Source: an uncultured Granulicella sp. (lineage in GTDB: Bacteria; Acidobacteriota; Terriglobia; Terriglobales; Acidobacteriaceae). Taken from it: DNA of 64,000 nt. Position 1 is the stretch's first letter. Each line of letters starts with the position of its first letter. Positions 36,167 through 49,075 of this stretch are shown piece after piece. A program made the position numbers and the translations under genes. The stretch is taken from assembly GCA_964282815.1 (NCBI GenBank), contig OZ196148.1; one strand, written 5' to 3'. The notes under the pieces were generated by a model. That model was not told where the DNA came from. It worked only from the letters and a program-made list of their open reading frames with translations, and searched no databases.

Positions 36167-37024
36167 TTGAACTGGTTGGCCCCTGCCCTTTTCTGCCTGC
36201 TTTCCTCCCAACAGTCCACCCCAACACAATCCACAGCATCTCCTGCCGGCGCGGCGACTCCTTCTGCGTCAACGGGAAGTGCCCCTGCAGTCGCCGGCAC
36301 GACCGCCGCTTTGCCGAACACCTTGATGGATGGGACGGCAATCAAGCTGAGGCTGGCCGAGACGATCACCTCTGCTACGGCCAAGGTGGGGCAATCGGTC
36401 GCCTTCGAAGTGGTCGATGATGTGGATGTAATGGGTGTGCCGGTGGTGTTGAAGGGTGCGCAGGCCCTTGCCACCGTGACGACGGCGGAGACGAAGAAGA
36501 GCATGGGGCGGGGTGGGAAGCTCGATGTAAATATCGATTCGGTGCGGCTGGTAGATGGGGAGAAGGCTACGCTGCGGGCGACGGAGGGCGGCAAGGGTGG
36601 AGGCCATGTCGGTGCGATGACGGCCGGGATGGTGGGGACAGCGATTGTGTTCTTTCCGGCTGCTCCGCTGCTGTTGTTCATTCACGGCAAGGACATCACA
36701 ATCCCGAAGGGGACGGAGGTGACGGCGTTCGTTTCAGGTGACATGCGCCTGGATATGGCGAAGATGGTCCCTGCTGCAATGCCGGGTGTGGCAGTGCCGG
36801 CGGTGGTAGCCGAGATGGCGAGCGTGACGGTGGGGTCGAATGTGGCGGGGGCGGATATTGAGGTGGACGGGGCTTTTGTGGGGAGTACGCCTTCTACGGT
36901 CTCGGTGACGCCGGGGCAGCATACGTTTGCGGTGAAGAAGAAGGGGTATGGGGATTGGAGCCGGACGATGAGTGTGGCGGGGAGGGGCGTTCGGCTGGAG
37001 GCGGAGTTGGAGGCTCAGAAGTAA
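36167..37024 (+). CDS. Exported PEGA-domain protein
   Basis: DGTAIKLRLAETITSATAKVG N-terminal domain and C-terminal VGSNVAGADIEVDGAFVGSTP...VTPGQH..VKKKGY..W; TTG start. Confidence 0.8.
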   Translation: MNWLAPALFCLLSSQQSTPTQSTASPAGAATPSASTGSAPAVAGTTAALPNTLMDGTAIKLRLAETITSATAKVGQSVAFEVVDDVDVMGVPVVLKGAQALATVTTAETKKSMGRGGKLDVNIDSVRLVDGEKATLRATEGGKGGGHVGAMTAGMVGTAIVFFPAAPLLLFIHGKDITIPKGTEVTAFVSGDMRLDMAKMVPAAMPGVAVPAVVAEMASVTVGSNVAGADIEVDGAFVGSTPSTVSVTPGQHTFAVKKKGYGDWSRTMSVAGRGVRLEAELEAQK

Positions 37025-37138
37025 CGGGGTTTTCCTCGCGATCCACATAACCCGCCTCATTCCGGCTTTACCTGCCACCTTAATGCACTTTTCAATGCAA
37101 TTCTGCTGAACCTCCATAGAATAGAAGGCGAAGACTAG

Positions 37139-37570
37139 ATGGTCTCGCAGTGGCGACGGAGTTCTGGATTGAGTTCCAAGCAGACAAAGGTCGTAGAGTT
37201 TCCGAAAAAGAAAGCTTCCAATCCGCCGACAGGGACGTCTAGTATTGATGTAAACGCAAGTTCCGGGCCAGCGTTTCCTGCGCTAAGCCTGGACGATCTC
37301 AGGCAGCAGATCGAACGTATCGTCATGTACGGGAAGATTCGCGAGACGAAACACTCTGCTCAGGACAGGGCGTATCGCGATGTTTCACAGGACGATATTC
37401 TCGCGATGCTGGAAGGCGAGTGGGTTCTTTCCGCGGAGCCGGACTGGGATGCTGAGCACGGGAACTGGGAGTACAAGTTGAGCGGCAATGATATTGAAGG
37501 CGATCCGCTCACTTTGAAGGTTGACGTGAACGTGGAGATAGAGCGCATCACCATCATCACGAAGTATTGA
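37139..37570 (+). CDS. DUF4258-domain putative toxin
   Basis: HSAQDRAYRDVSQDDIL...DWDAEHGNWEYKLSGNDIEG...ITIIT; immediately precedes an HTH gene. Confidence 0.7.
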   Translation: MVSQWRRSSGLSSKQTKVVEFPKKKASNPPTGTSSIDVNASSGPAFPALSLDDLRQQIERIVMYGKIRETKHSAQDRAYRDVSQDDILAMLEGEWVLSAEPDWDAEHGNWEYKLSGNDIEGDPLTLKVDVNVEIERITIITKY

Positions 37571-37578
37571 GAGGCATT

Positions 37579-38094
37579 ATGGAGAGTCTGGCGAGAGACG
37601 CTCACGATTCAGAGGCGATCAGGAAACATTCCACGGAGTCCGAGCCTTACCACTTTGTGGGTTCGGGGCTGGAGAACGTGTATCTGGTTGGCGTGGACTA
37701 CGAGGTCACAGACGACCAGCTCCAGGCTGCGGAGATTCCGTGTCTGCCGAAGCTGATGGAGGCTATCGGGAAGGTGCTGGTAGAGAAGAAGACGCCGCTG
37801 AGCGCAGACGAGGTGCGGTTTTTGCGGAAGCGGCTTCGGTTTTCGTCGAAGAAGTTTGCGGAGTTGATCGGGATGAGTAGCGAGCAGTATTCGCGGGTGG
37901 AGAATGGCGCGAAGGTGACAGCGACGGTGGAGCGAGTGGTGCGTCTGCTGTATGCCGCATTGGCGGAGTTATCACCAAGCGAGTCGCAGGAGGTTGCGAC
38001 TACTCTGTGGACGGCGGGGTTGAATCACGAGGAGCGAATCGTGGCTTGCCGGGATGGGGCGGATGGTTGGGTGGTTCTTACGCGGGCGGCCTGA
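37579..38094 (+). CDS. MqsA/YgiT-like XRE helix-turn-helix antitoxin
   Basis: YHFVGSGLENVYLVG and EVRFLRKRLRFSSKKFAELIGMSSEQYSRVENG. Confidence 0.78.
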   Translation: MESLARDAHDSEAIRKHSTESEPYHFVGSGLENVYLVGVDYEVTDDQLQAAEIPCLPKLMEAIGKVLVEKKTPLSADEVRFLRKRLRFSSKKFAELIGMSSEQYSRVENGAKVTATVERVVRLLYAALAELSPSESQEVATTLWTAGLNHEERIVACRDGADGWVVLTRAA

Positions 38095-38242
38095 AGCGGG
38101 GCCAGTAACTGTAAGTTAGGCCATTCACCGCGTGAGAGATATGGGCGCGATGAATGGCAAACCAGTGCATAGTTGTTCGACGGTCTCGGCTAAGCGCGCT
38201 GTCCACTACCCGCCTCTACCGTTACTCTGACCTGTTTCTGGA

Positions 38243-39193
38243 CTAAGCTTCATTTGTGAGAATCGCGTGGACCAATGCGATGTGATGATGGATTTGCCGA
38301 CGTTTGTTCATGGCGAGCCCCGGGAAGTTTTGATTGTTCACATCTTCCGCATAGCGCTGCAAGGCCTCATCGTCACCAAATTCTTCCGGGCGCTCTTCCA
38401 CGACCTCTACGAGCTTCGCAGCAGCTTGTAGATATTTCTGCTCGACGGACCCCACAGCGACATCGGTGTCATTGGAAACAAAGTGTTCGACCCAAATGCT
38501 CCCAGAAGCAACTTGGTACACGGCATGAATAACAACTGCGTAAGCTTGTCCGCCGCCGGGAACAAAGCGAAAACCGATGACTGAATAGTCACCGAACCCA
38601 ACGGAATCTACGGAGAAGGTTAAATGATCGTCACTGAAAAATTCTTGCCCTACATAGTCTGCATTCCGTGCCAACCGTACAAAGTGATCTTCAACGTCTA
38701 CCGCCTTCGTGGCGGGAAGCAAGGCTCGTTGCGCCGAAGACATCTGGTTATGAAGGTTGATGTGAAACTTTATGCGATTCTCGTTCACAAGATTCTGCAG
38801 GAAGGCATTTATAAGGTTTGGGCTCCAGTATAAGAGAGCGACTTCGCGGTCTGGGTAATCTCCGAGAAACTGAGTTACTGCGGCACTTGCAGTATTGGAC
38901 CGGCAGACAAAAGATGGCATCAGGCTGGGATATTCCGTGAAGCGCACTGCAAGTGTTGCGCGCCACGCGCCGATTAGAGATGAATCCGCAAAGTCGCCAG
39001 TGTTTGGATTTACGATCACACAAACTTGGATTTGAGATTCACCTAAGACCTCTAAACATCGGAGAAGATCAGCCGAATCTGATTTCACAGCCTCTAGAAT
39101 CGGCACGGTAGTAGAGGCAATGGGCAGTTCTTCACAGACGTCACGTAAGGCTAGCAGTTCAGCTCGACGAGCAAACAGGTGGGGGAAATACAT
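38243..39193 (-). CDS. sce7725-family protein (uncharacterised)
   Basis: MYFPHLFARRAELLALR, VPILE, IVNPNTGDF, FFSDDHL, GFGDYSVIG, GGGQAYAVVIH, HFVS and IHHHI match the family pattern as I recall it. Confidence 0.8.
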   Translation of the reverse strand: MYFPHLFARRAELLALRDVCEELPIASTTVPILEAVKSDSADLLRCLEVLGESQIQVCVIVNPNTGDFADSSLIGAWRATLAVRFTEYPSLMPSFVCRSNTASAAVTQFLGDYPDREVALLYWSPNLINAFLQNLVNENRIKFHINLHNQMSSAQRALLPATKAVDVEDHFVRLARNADYVGQEFFSDDHLTFSVDSVGFGDYSVIGFRFVPGGGQAYAVVIHAVYQVASGSIWVEHFVSNDTDVAVGSVEQKYLQAAAKLVEVVEERPEEFGDDEALQRYAEDVNNQNFPGLAMNKRRQIHHHIALVHAILTNEA

Positions 39194-39236
39194 GTTGCCA
39201 ACTTTCTCTACATGGCCTGGAATGTTCTGCTAATGA

Positions 39237-40112
39237 CTAAACAAGTGAGACAGTAACATTTTCCCCGAGTGCTGTAAGCATATTTCTTCTTCCCGGTTTC
39301 GTTAGGGGTGTCGCGTATCCTAACGCGCGTAAACACCTCGGAAGCGCGGATACGAACTTTACGGTTGATGAATCGGTCGTGCGTGTTCTGAGAAGCCGAA
39401 CATAAAGTGCATGAGCCTCGCACAGACTAAGCTGGGAAAACATGCGTTCGCATTCAGCGTGGATTAAACCATTGGGAAGCGTAATCTGCGCGGCATGTAT
39501 TTTCTCAAGAGCGCCCTTGTACTCTTCCCTGCGTAAGCAACGAAACATAAAGGCATGATCGAGATGCTGCTTTGAGCTTTCAGCCTCTCTGACGGTTTCT
39601 AATCGTCCACGATGGCTTAGTGAGAGAACCCCTATCTCGGGTGCGACCGTGTTCACATAATTTTGGGCAAGATCAGGATGGGCTACGACATAGACCCGCT
39701 CGAAAGAGCGTAAGTAATCCTTTGTCTGCGAGGCTAGGCGACGCGCGGAGTCGTATTCAGTCTTAATTTCGTAGGCAGTTGAAGTGCCGTTGTATATCGC
39801 GACATCTACGATCGACTTTCCTATTGGCAGTTCAACGTGCAGCGATGCCTCGGATGGCCGATGTAACTTGAAAACGATCTGGTTAGCCAACTCATTTTTA
39901 TAGACATATTCATTTCGATACTGACGTTTCAGCTCACGCCAAGCATCCTCGAATATGGAGGATAGGGGGCGGGGACTGCTTGATGAGACAACTCCATGAG
40001 CGCTCAGGAAGGAACAAGCATGCTCCCACTTACCTGTCCGCGCCAATGAGGCGAAGACCGGGCGAGTGAATAGTTTCGCAATGACCCGAAGTCGATCTTG
40101 AGACGTCAGCAT
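39237..40112 (-). CDS. sce7726-family protein (PD-(D/E)XK nuclease-like motif)
   Basis: YRNEYVYKN, ELPIGKSIVDVAIYNGTSTAYEIKTEYD and DYLRSFERVYVV. Confidence 0.8.
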   Translation of the reverse strand: MLTSQDRLRVIAKLFTRPVFASLARTGKWEHACSFLSAHGVVSSSSPRPLSSIFEDAWRELKRQYRNEYVYKNELANQIVFKLHRPSEASLHVELPIGKSIVDVAIYNGTSTAYEIKTEYDSARRLASQTKDYLRSFERVYVVAHPDLAQNYVNTVAPEIGVLSLSHRGRLETVREAESSKQHLDHAFMFRCLRREEYKGALEKIHAAQITLPNGLIHAECERMFSQLSLCEAHALYVRLLRTRTTDSSTVKFVSALPRCLRALGYATPLTKPGRRNMLTALGENVTVSLV

Positions 40113-40243
40113 AATAAAAGTTTGTGGACAGTGTAACTGCTATTTGTGGCTCTATGTCTAGAGGTACACGGACATGTGTTCTAGCAGCTAAGACATGCTG
40201 CTGACGCTGAGGAAGCAGCCCCAGCAGCGTCAAAGCTTTGCTC

Positions 40244-43171
<2,928 letters not shown>

Positions 43172-43532
43172 GGTCTCTTCTAGGATAAACGAGAAGCAAT
43201 GCAGGGGTGACACAAGTTCCCGTAGTGCGTTTGGTGCGAGGTCCCGCGTGGCAACAGTTAGGCTCGGCCTTTCCTTTTAGGAAAGAGGGAGTGTTGGAGT
43301 GCTGGCGAATCACGGTTTCGTCCGAATCGGTGTATGTGTTCTTCAAAATTCTTCCAAAGATCATAGACTCTGTGCTCCGTCCGTCTGATGTCGTTGTAAA
43401 CAAAACGCCAAGGGCTTTTCCCGATTGGCAGCAAACATGCATTCACAGGTTATCGGTACGCATCCGGCGACCGGTGTGATCTTTCCGTCAGCACCGGATC
43501 GACTGCGAAAACCATGAGGAGAAGACCCGATA

Positions 43533-46500
43533 ATGAAGAGATCTGCACGATTTATGACCTTTGGGGGAGTGGTTCTGGCGTCTGTACTGACGGCAGGAGC
43601 CCAGTCCACGACGTCCGGCGATATCCAAGGCACAGTGAGCGACCCGACCGGAGCAGTGATCCCGGGCGCAACGGTTACGGTGAAGAATGTAGGAAACGGC
43701 GAGACGAAGGTGGTCACTACTGGCACCACGGGTACCTTCCGCGCCTCCCTGCTCTCTCCCGGGTCCTATTTGGTGTCGATTACAGCACCCGGATTCGGAA
43801 TTACAAGCTCAACCGTCACGGTTGCGGCCGGCAACGTGGCAAATGACAATATTGCTCTGACCCTTGGTTCGGGTGGGACCACGGTTGAAGTAACGTCCTC
43901 TGCAACGGAGATCAACACCACTAACGGTGACGTCACGACGGCATTTACAGCGGAAGAGATACAGGCGCTCCCAAATCCAGGGAACGATCTGACTTTTGTC
44001 GCGCAGACGGCCCCCGGCTCAGTCATGAACACGGGTACGGCTTCTGGTGGTTACGGAAACTTCTCCAGCTTTGGTGTTTCTGGCCTTTCAAACATGTTTA
44101 CGCTGGACGGAGGCTATGAAAATGATCCGTTTCTGAATTTGAATAACACTGGCGCTTCCAACTTGACGCTTGGGAACAATGAGGTGGACACAGTTACGGT
44201 AGTTTCTCCAGCGTTCAGTTCGCAGTTCGGCGGTCTTGGCGGTGCACAGGTAAATGAGATCACAACGGGCGGAACCAATCGTCTTCATGGACAGCTCCAG
44301 TACTACTGGAACGGTCGCATCATGAACGCGAATGACTACTTCAACAAGCAGAGCCAAGTTCTAAACGGCGAACAGAACATTCCAAATTTTGTGAATGCAA
44401 ATCAATGGGCAGCTTCAGTCGGCGGCCCAGTGATCCGGGACAAAGTCTTCTTCTACGTAAACACTGAAGGGCTTCGGGTGACGACACCGACCTCTGGGCA
44501 GGTTTACGCCCCGAGTCAGGCGTTCCAGAACTGCTCACTCAACGGCGGGACAGCTTGCACCACATTGAATGCGGCAGCTTTGCAGAACTGCGAACCGGGC
44601 GGTGTGTTGAACCCGAACTCTACTTGCGTCGGCGACCCAACCTACAGCTATGGATCGTTCGCGCAGGCTGCTGCTAATCAGCGTCCTTTACTGCAGGCGA
44701 TCTTCAACACATACAACAACAGCCCATACCGTCCAGTGGCTTCTGCTGTTCAGGCCGACCCTAATGACGTGAGCGCGGTCTCCTACCGCGCAAGCGCGGC
44801 TTCGTTCCTGACGGAGTATCTGATCACAGCACGTGCGGACTGGCACATTAGCAATAAGGACACCTTCTTCATCCATTACAAGCAGGATCACGGTATTCAG
44901 CCCACGGTTGTAGACCTGGTAAGCCCGCTGTTTTCCGCCTCCAGCCCTCAGCCCGCCTGGGAAGGTCAGGTCAATGAGACGCACACCTTCTCCCCAAACT
45001 TGACCAACCAACTGGTGTTTACCGGTAACTACTACAGTGCGCCTTTCCAGAACACGAACAACTATCTGCCGGTCGCTCCTTTCGAATTGATCTTTGAGGA
45101 TGGCGACCTGGCCAATACCATTTACGGCGGCGATGACGCGGCATTCCCACAGGGGCGCCGTGTGGCTGGGTACCAGGTGATCGACGATGTCAGCTACACC
45201 AAGGGGCGTAACAATCTCCGGTTTGGCTACAACTTCAGGCGCGATAACATCACCGTGCTTCCCCAGAATGTTTCCATTGCGACCGAGGACTTCACCAGCG
45301 TGGAAGCGGTCGGAGCCGGCCAGGAAGACGTTGAGCATCTACAATACTTCCCGACTCGTTCCGAGCAGCCGATCGCTGTCTATAACATGGGTGCCTATGT
45401 TGAAGACAGCTACAAGCTACTCCCGAATCTGACGATCACTGCTGGGCTGCGCGTTGAGCGTAACTCCAATCCCACCTGTCTAACTCTTTGTGAAACGGCC
45501 TTATCGACAACGATACCCAATCTTCCAACCGGTACGACTAGTGCTTCGGCACCCTACAACGCAGCCTTTAGTGGAGGCCTCATCCGGGCTGGCCGACGCC
45601 GCACCTTCCAGGGCTTCCAGGAGTACGCGCCGATGCCACGTGTGAGCTTTGCGTACCAGCCGTTCGGTACATCCGGAAAGACGGTGATTCGCGGCGGGTT
45701 CGGCTTGTTCTCAGACACGCCTCCAGGCCTGGTGGCACAAGATCTGTTGAGTAATGCACCCGGTATCTTTCATGCCGTCGTTCTTGGAGCGGCCTCCGGC
45801 GGGAGCGTCCTACAGCTGGATCCCTCGACCACAGGAAGTGGCGGCGATGTTGCCCGCAAATCCAACGCAGCTTTCCAGAATGCATTTGCAACAGGAGGAA
45901 ACTACACGACGACACGGGCCGCAGTCGCGGCTGCGGGTGGTTCCTACTCTGCACCAAGCTTTACTGCGACCGCGCCGTTCATCAGCTACCCTACCTACGA
46001 AGAGTTCAGTATGGCGGTGGAGCAGCAGCTAGACAGGAGAACGAGTATCACGGCAACCTACGTGGGTAACCACGGCTACCATGAGCCTTATCAGAATGGC
46101 GGACAAAATCTAACTCTGGCCAAGGCGAGTTCTACGCTGTTCCCCACGGTAGCAACCGTGAAACCGGTTACTCCTTTTGCAACGCTAACCAGCATCAACT
46201 CCGGTGCGAGCAGCAACTTCAATGGTGTGGTGGTAAGTGCGACGCGTCACTCCAAAGACCTGACGCTCCAATTCAACTACGAGTTCAGCAAGGCGTTAGA
46301 CGAGGTCTCTAACGGTGGTCTAGAGCCGTTTGCTCCGGACAACGGAGACGCTGAGTCAATCGCCAATCCGAACAACCTTCACGCGCAATACGGTCCGGCG
46401 GACTACAACATCAAGCACAACGTCACAAGCAGTTTTGTTTATACGCTGCCGTCCTATCACAAGTACAAAGCGATCACCGGAGGCTTCGAGTTCAGCGGCG

Positions 46501-47030
46501 CCGTCTTCCATCAGAGCGGGCTACCTTATACGATTGGACAGAGCACATCCAACCTTGGGATAGCGGGCGGGGGAACTGGAACATTCGCAAATGGTACCGT
46601 GAATCTTTATGCACGCCAGTTGACTAACAACTTTGACCACCATTGCGGTGGCGAGGCTCACGTGCTAATTAACGGAACCACCAACCCCTCTCCTTGCAAC
46701 TTCACCGCTGCATTTGGCGCTCCAACGAACTTTACGCAGCAGAGTCGCAACAGCCTGGTTGGACCTTCGTACACCAACGTGGACTTCAATGCACAGAAGA
46801 TCATCACGATTCCTCATGCAGATTTTATGAAGTTCAAGGTTGGCGCACAGTTCTTCAACCTTTTCAACCACCCCAACTTCCAGAATCCGGCTCACACCCT
46901 AACTGGAACCCCGAACAGCGCTTACGGCGCAATTGCGAGCACGGTGAGTTCTCCGACCAACATTTTTGGATCTGTCGGAGCAAACTCTTCGCCTCGGTTG
47001 ATTCAACTAAAGGGTAGCTTCACCTTCTAA
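43533..47030 (+). CDS. TonB-dependent receptor, Oar-like (carboxypeptidase-regulatory N domain, plug, beta-barrel)
   Basis: Signal peptide, GTVSDPTGAVIPGATVTV, NANQWAASVGGPVIRDKVFF and C-terminal PRLIQLKGSFTF ending in Phe. Confidence 0.9.
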   Translation: MKRSARFMTFGGVVLASVLTAGAQSTTSGDIQGTVSDPTGAVIPGATVTVKNVGNGETKVVTTGTTGTFRASLLSPGSYLVSITAPGFGITSSTVTVAAGNVANDNIALTLGSGGTTVEVTSSATEINTTNGDVTTAFTAEEIQALPNPGNDLTFVAQTAPGSVMNTGTASGGYGNFSSFGVSGLSNMFTLDGGYENDPFLNLNNTGASNLTLGNNEVDTVTVVSPAFSSQFGGLGGAQVNEITTGGTNRLHGQLQYYWNGRIMNANDYFNKQSQVLNGEQNIPNFVNANQWAASVGGPVIRDKVFFYVNTEGLRVTTPTSGQVYAPSQAFQNCSLNGGTACTTLNAAALQNCEPGGVLNPNSTCVGDPTYSYGSFAQAAANQRPLLQAIFNTYNNSPYRPVASAVQADPNDVSAVSYRASAASFLTEYLITARADWHISNKDTFFIHYKQDHGIQPTVVDLVSPLFSASSPQPAWEGQVNETHTFSPNLTNQLVFTGNYYSAPFQNTNNYLPVAPFELIFEDGDLANTIYGGDDAAFPQGRRVAGYQVIDDVSYTKGRNNLRFGYNFRRDNITVLPQNVSIATEDFTSVEAVGAGQEDVEHLQYFPTRSEQPIAVYNMGAYVEDSYKLLPNLTITAGLRVERNSNPTCLTLCETALSTTIPNLPTGTTSASAPYNAAFSGGLIRAGRRRTFQGFQEYAPMPRVSFAYQPFGTSGKTVIRGGFGLFSDTPPGLVAQDLLSNAPGIFHAVVLGAASGGSVLQLDPSTTGSGGDVARKSNAAFQNAFATGGNYTTTRAAVAAAGGSYSAPSFTATAPFISYPTYEEFSMAVEQQLDRRTSITATYVGNHGYHEPYQNGGQNLTLAKASSTLFPTVATVKPVTPFATLTSINSGASSNFNGVVVSATRHSKDLTLQFNYEFSKALDEVSNGGLEPFAPDNGDAESIANPNNLHAQYGPADYNIKHNVTSSFVYTLPSYHKYKAITGGFEFSGAVFHQSGLPYTIGQSTSNLGIAGGGTGTFANGTVNLYARQLTNNFDHHCGGEAHVLINGTTNPSPCNFTAAFGAPTNFTQQSRNSLVGPSYTNVDFNAQKIITIPHADFMKFKVGAQFFNLFNHPNFQNPAHTLTGTPNSAYGAIASTVSSPTNIFGSVGANSSPRLIQLKGSFTF

Positions 47031-47050
47031 TCTCAACTCGTACAGCAAAC

Positions 47051-47082
47051 AAGTGCGGACAGCTCTGGCTGTCCGCACTTTT
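47051..47082 (+). terminator. Rho-independent terminator after the TonB-dependent receptor
   Basis: AAGTGCGGACAGC-tctg-GCTGTCCGCACTT followed by TT. Confidence 0.85.
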
Positions 47083-47246
47083 GCGTTATGACTTAGACCA
47101 AACCTGGGATGCTCAAGAACTGCCCTGAAACGGTACAGTAAGGCCTTGAAGTAATGCGTTCGAGCTCTCCGTCTCTCATCCTTGAGACCGGGCTGCCGAT
47201 GACCACCGAGGAGGCATGGTGGACAACGGTTTGCATGGGAGCACTT

Positions 47247-48641
47247 ATGTTAGGCAGGCGGGTTAGAGCGGTTACCCCTGAAAGGTTCGGAAGCGAGGGC
47301 GGGTCGGCGACCGTGATCGCGGCCTTCGGTATGGTTGCGATCATGGGAATGCTGTCGCTGGCGTTTACGGTGGGACAGATGCGGTATCAGCAGCGCGGGC
47401 TGCAGAAGCTGGCGGACTCCGCTGCGCTGGCGAGTGTGCTGGAGCTTCCGTACTGCGCCGGCTCAACCAATTGCACGGTGATGAAGACCGCAGCGACGAG
47501 CGCATTGGCCGAGAACGGGGTGACGGTCAATAATCTCGTGACGAGCTGCGGAACGATCCCCGCGACGGGGTTGACGCTCGAGATCAATGCACCACCGTGC
47601 GGGCAGAGTGCGAAGGATCCTTACTTTGGCAAGAGCGGCAACGTGGAGGTGTACGTCTCGCAGCCGCAGGCTTCGGTGTTTGCGGGCACGATGGGGTTTG
47701 GCGCGACGACGATTACGGCGCGGGCAGAGGCGGCGGCGAGCGGTGGAACCAACTGCATCTATGCGCTGGACCCGAGCGGGAGCGGCGCGCTGACGGTGGC
47801 GGCGGCGGCTTCGATTACGTCCCCGTGCGGGATTGTGGTGGAGTCCAATTCCAATAGCGCGCTGAGCTGCGCGCTGCTGGGCGTGATCGGCGTGAGCAAG
47901 ATTACGGTGGTGGGTGGGGTCTCGAACTTTCTGTGCTCGATTGCACCGGCGCCGATAACGCACGCGACGCTGCCGGTTCCGGCCGATCCACTGGCGTACC
48001 TGCCGCAGCCCACGATGCCTGCCTGCGGGACGACGACGGCGAGTCCATATCATGGGGCGCCTTCGGTGGTGAACATTACCGGGAGTGCGACGCTGTATGC
48101 GGATGGGGCGTACTGCGGGGGGATCATTATCAACTCGGGCGCGACGGTTTCCTTTCAGCCTGGGGTCTATGTGCTGACCTCGACCAACGGAGGCGCAAAC
48201 CGGAGCCCAGGCGGGCTGACGATCAACCTGGGGACGAGCGTAACGGGCACGGGGGTAACGTTCTTCAACTACGGGCCGAGCGGCGGGATTAACTTCAATG
48301 CACCGAGCCTGAGCCTGGCGGGGGTGAACCTGGTCGCGCCGACAACGGGGACGTATGCGGGCATCCTGTTTTTTCAGCCGGCGAGCAATACGAGTGCGGC
48401 GACACTGTATGGCAGCTCGGCTTACAGCACGGTGCTGCAGGGGGCGTACTACTTTCCTTCGGCGAGTGTCTCGTTCTGCTTTAACGGGCCGGTGGCTTAC
48501 AACATCCTGGTCGCGTACCGGGTCAGCTTTACGCTGCTGACGTTCGGGTTTACGACCGTCACAAGCGGCTTTGGCAACGACTATAGCTCGCTGGCGAACG
48601 GGTCGCCGCTGGCAGGGATTGCGGCGGTTTTGTCGCAATGA
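47247..48641 (+). CDS. TadG-like minor pilin (Tad N-terminal domain plus Cys-rich C-terminal adhesin-like domain)
   Basis: SEGGSATVIAAFGMVAIMGMLSLAFTVG...LQKLADSAALA. Start uncertain (47154-47247). Confidence 0.8.
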   Translation: MLGRRVRAVTPERFGSEGGSATVIAAFGMVAIMGMLSLAFTVGQMRYQQRGLQKLADSAALASVLELPYCAGSTNCTVMKTAATSALAENGVTVNNLVTSCGTIPATGLTLEINAPPCGQSAKDPYFGKSGNVEVYVSQPQASVFAGTMGFGATTITARAEAAASGGTNCIYALDPSGSGALTVAAAASITSPCGIVVESNSNSALSCALLGVIGVSKITVVGGVSNFLCSIAPAPITHATLPVPADPLAYLPQPTMPACGTTTASPYHGAPSVVNITGSATLYADGAYCGGIIINSGATVSFQPGVYVLTSTNGGANRSPGGLTINLGTSVTGTGVTFFNYGPSGGINFNAPSLSLAGVNLVAPTTGTYAGILFFQPASNTSAATLYGSSAYSTVLQGAYYFPSASVSFCFNGPVAYNILVAYRVSFTLLTFGFTTVTSGFGNDYSSLANGSPLAGIAAVLSQ

Positions 48642-49075
48642 GGCGGCTGGTGTGGGGTGAGGAGGGGTCAAGCTTGATTGAAGTGGCGATCCTGATGCCG
48701 CTGCTGTTGCTGATCCTGGTGGGCGCGGTGGACTTCGGGCAGGCGTACTACGTAGGGATCGAGGTGGCGTCGGCGGCGCAGGCGGGAACGACGTACGGGA
48801 TGATGAACTATAACGATACGGCCGGAATGCGGATGGCGGCGGCAGCCGATGCGAGCGATGTGCCTTCGATGACGTCGGTGGCGACGTGGGGGTGCGAGTG
48901 CTCGGACGGGACGGGGGCGAGTGTCAGCTGCGCCACGACGCCGACTTGCGGGAGCAATCTGGTGGACTACGTGGACGTGACCACAAGCGTAAGCTTCACG
49001 CCGATCCTGAGCTATCCTGCCGTGCCGGCGAGCTTTGTGCTGAGCGGGCACTCGCGGATGCGGGTGGCGCCTTGA
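48638..49075 (+). CDS. TadE-family minor pilin
   Basis: EEG-SSLIEVAILMPLLLLILVGAVDFG prepilin motif; ATGA overlap with the upstream gene. Confidence 0.88.
   Translation: MRRLVWGEEGSSLIEVAILMPLLLLILVGAVDFGQAYYVGIEVASAAQAGTTYGMMNYNDTAGMRMAAAADASDVPSMTSVATWGCECSDGTGASVSCATTPTCGSNLVDYVDVTTSVSFTPILSYPAVPASFVLSGHSRMRVAP

Noticed and set aside
38095-38242. RES-domain gene expected after sce7725
   Set aside because: Only 148 nt are available and no RES-like reading frame was seen.
37025-40243. Prophage or integrative element around the TA and sce genes
   Set aside because: No integrase, phage structural gene, tRNA target or flanking direct repeat was found by eye.
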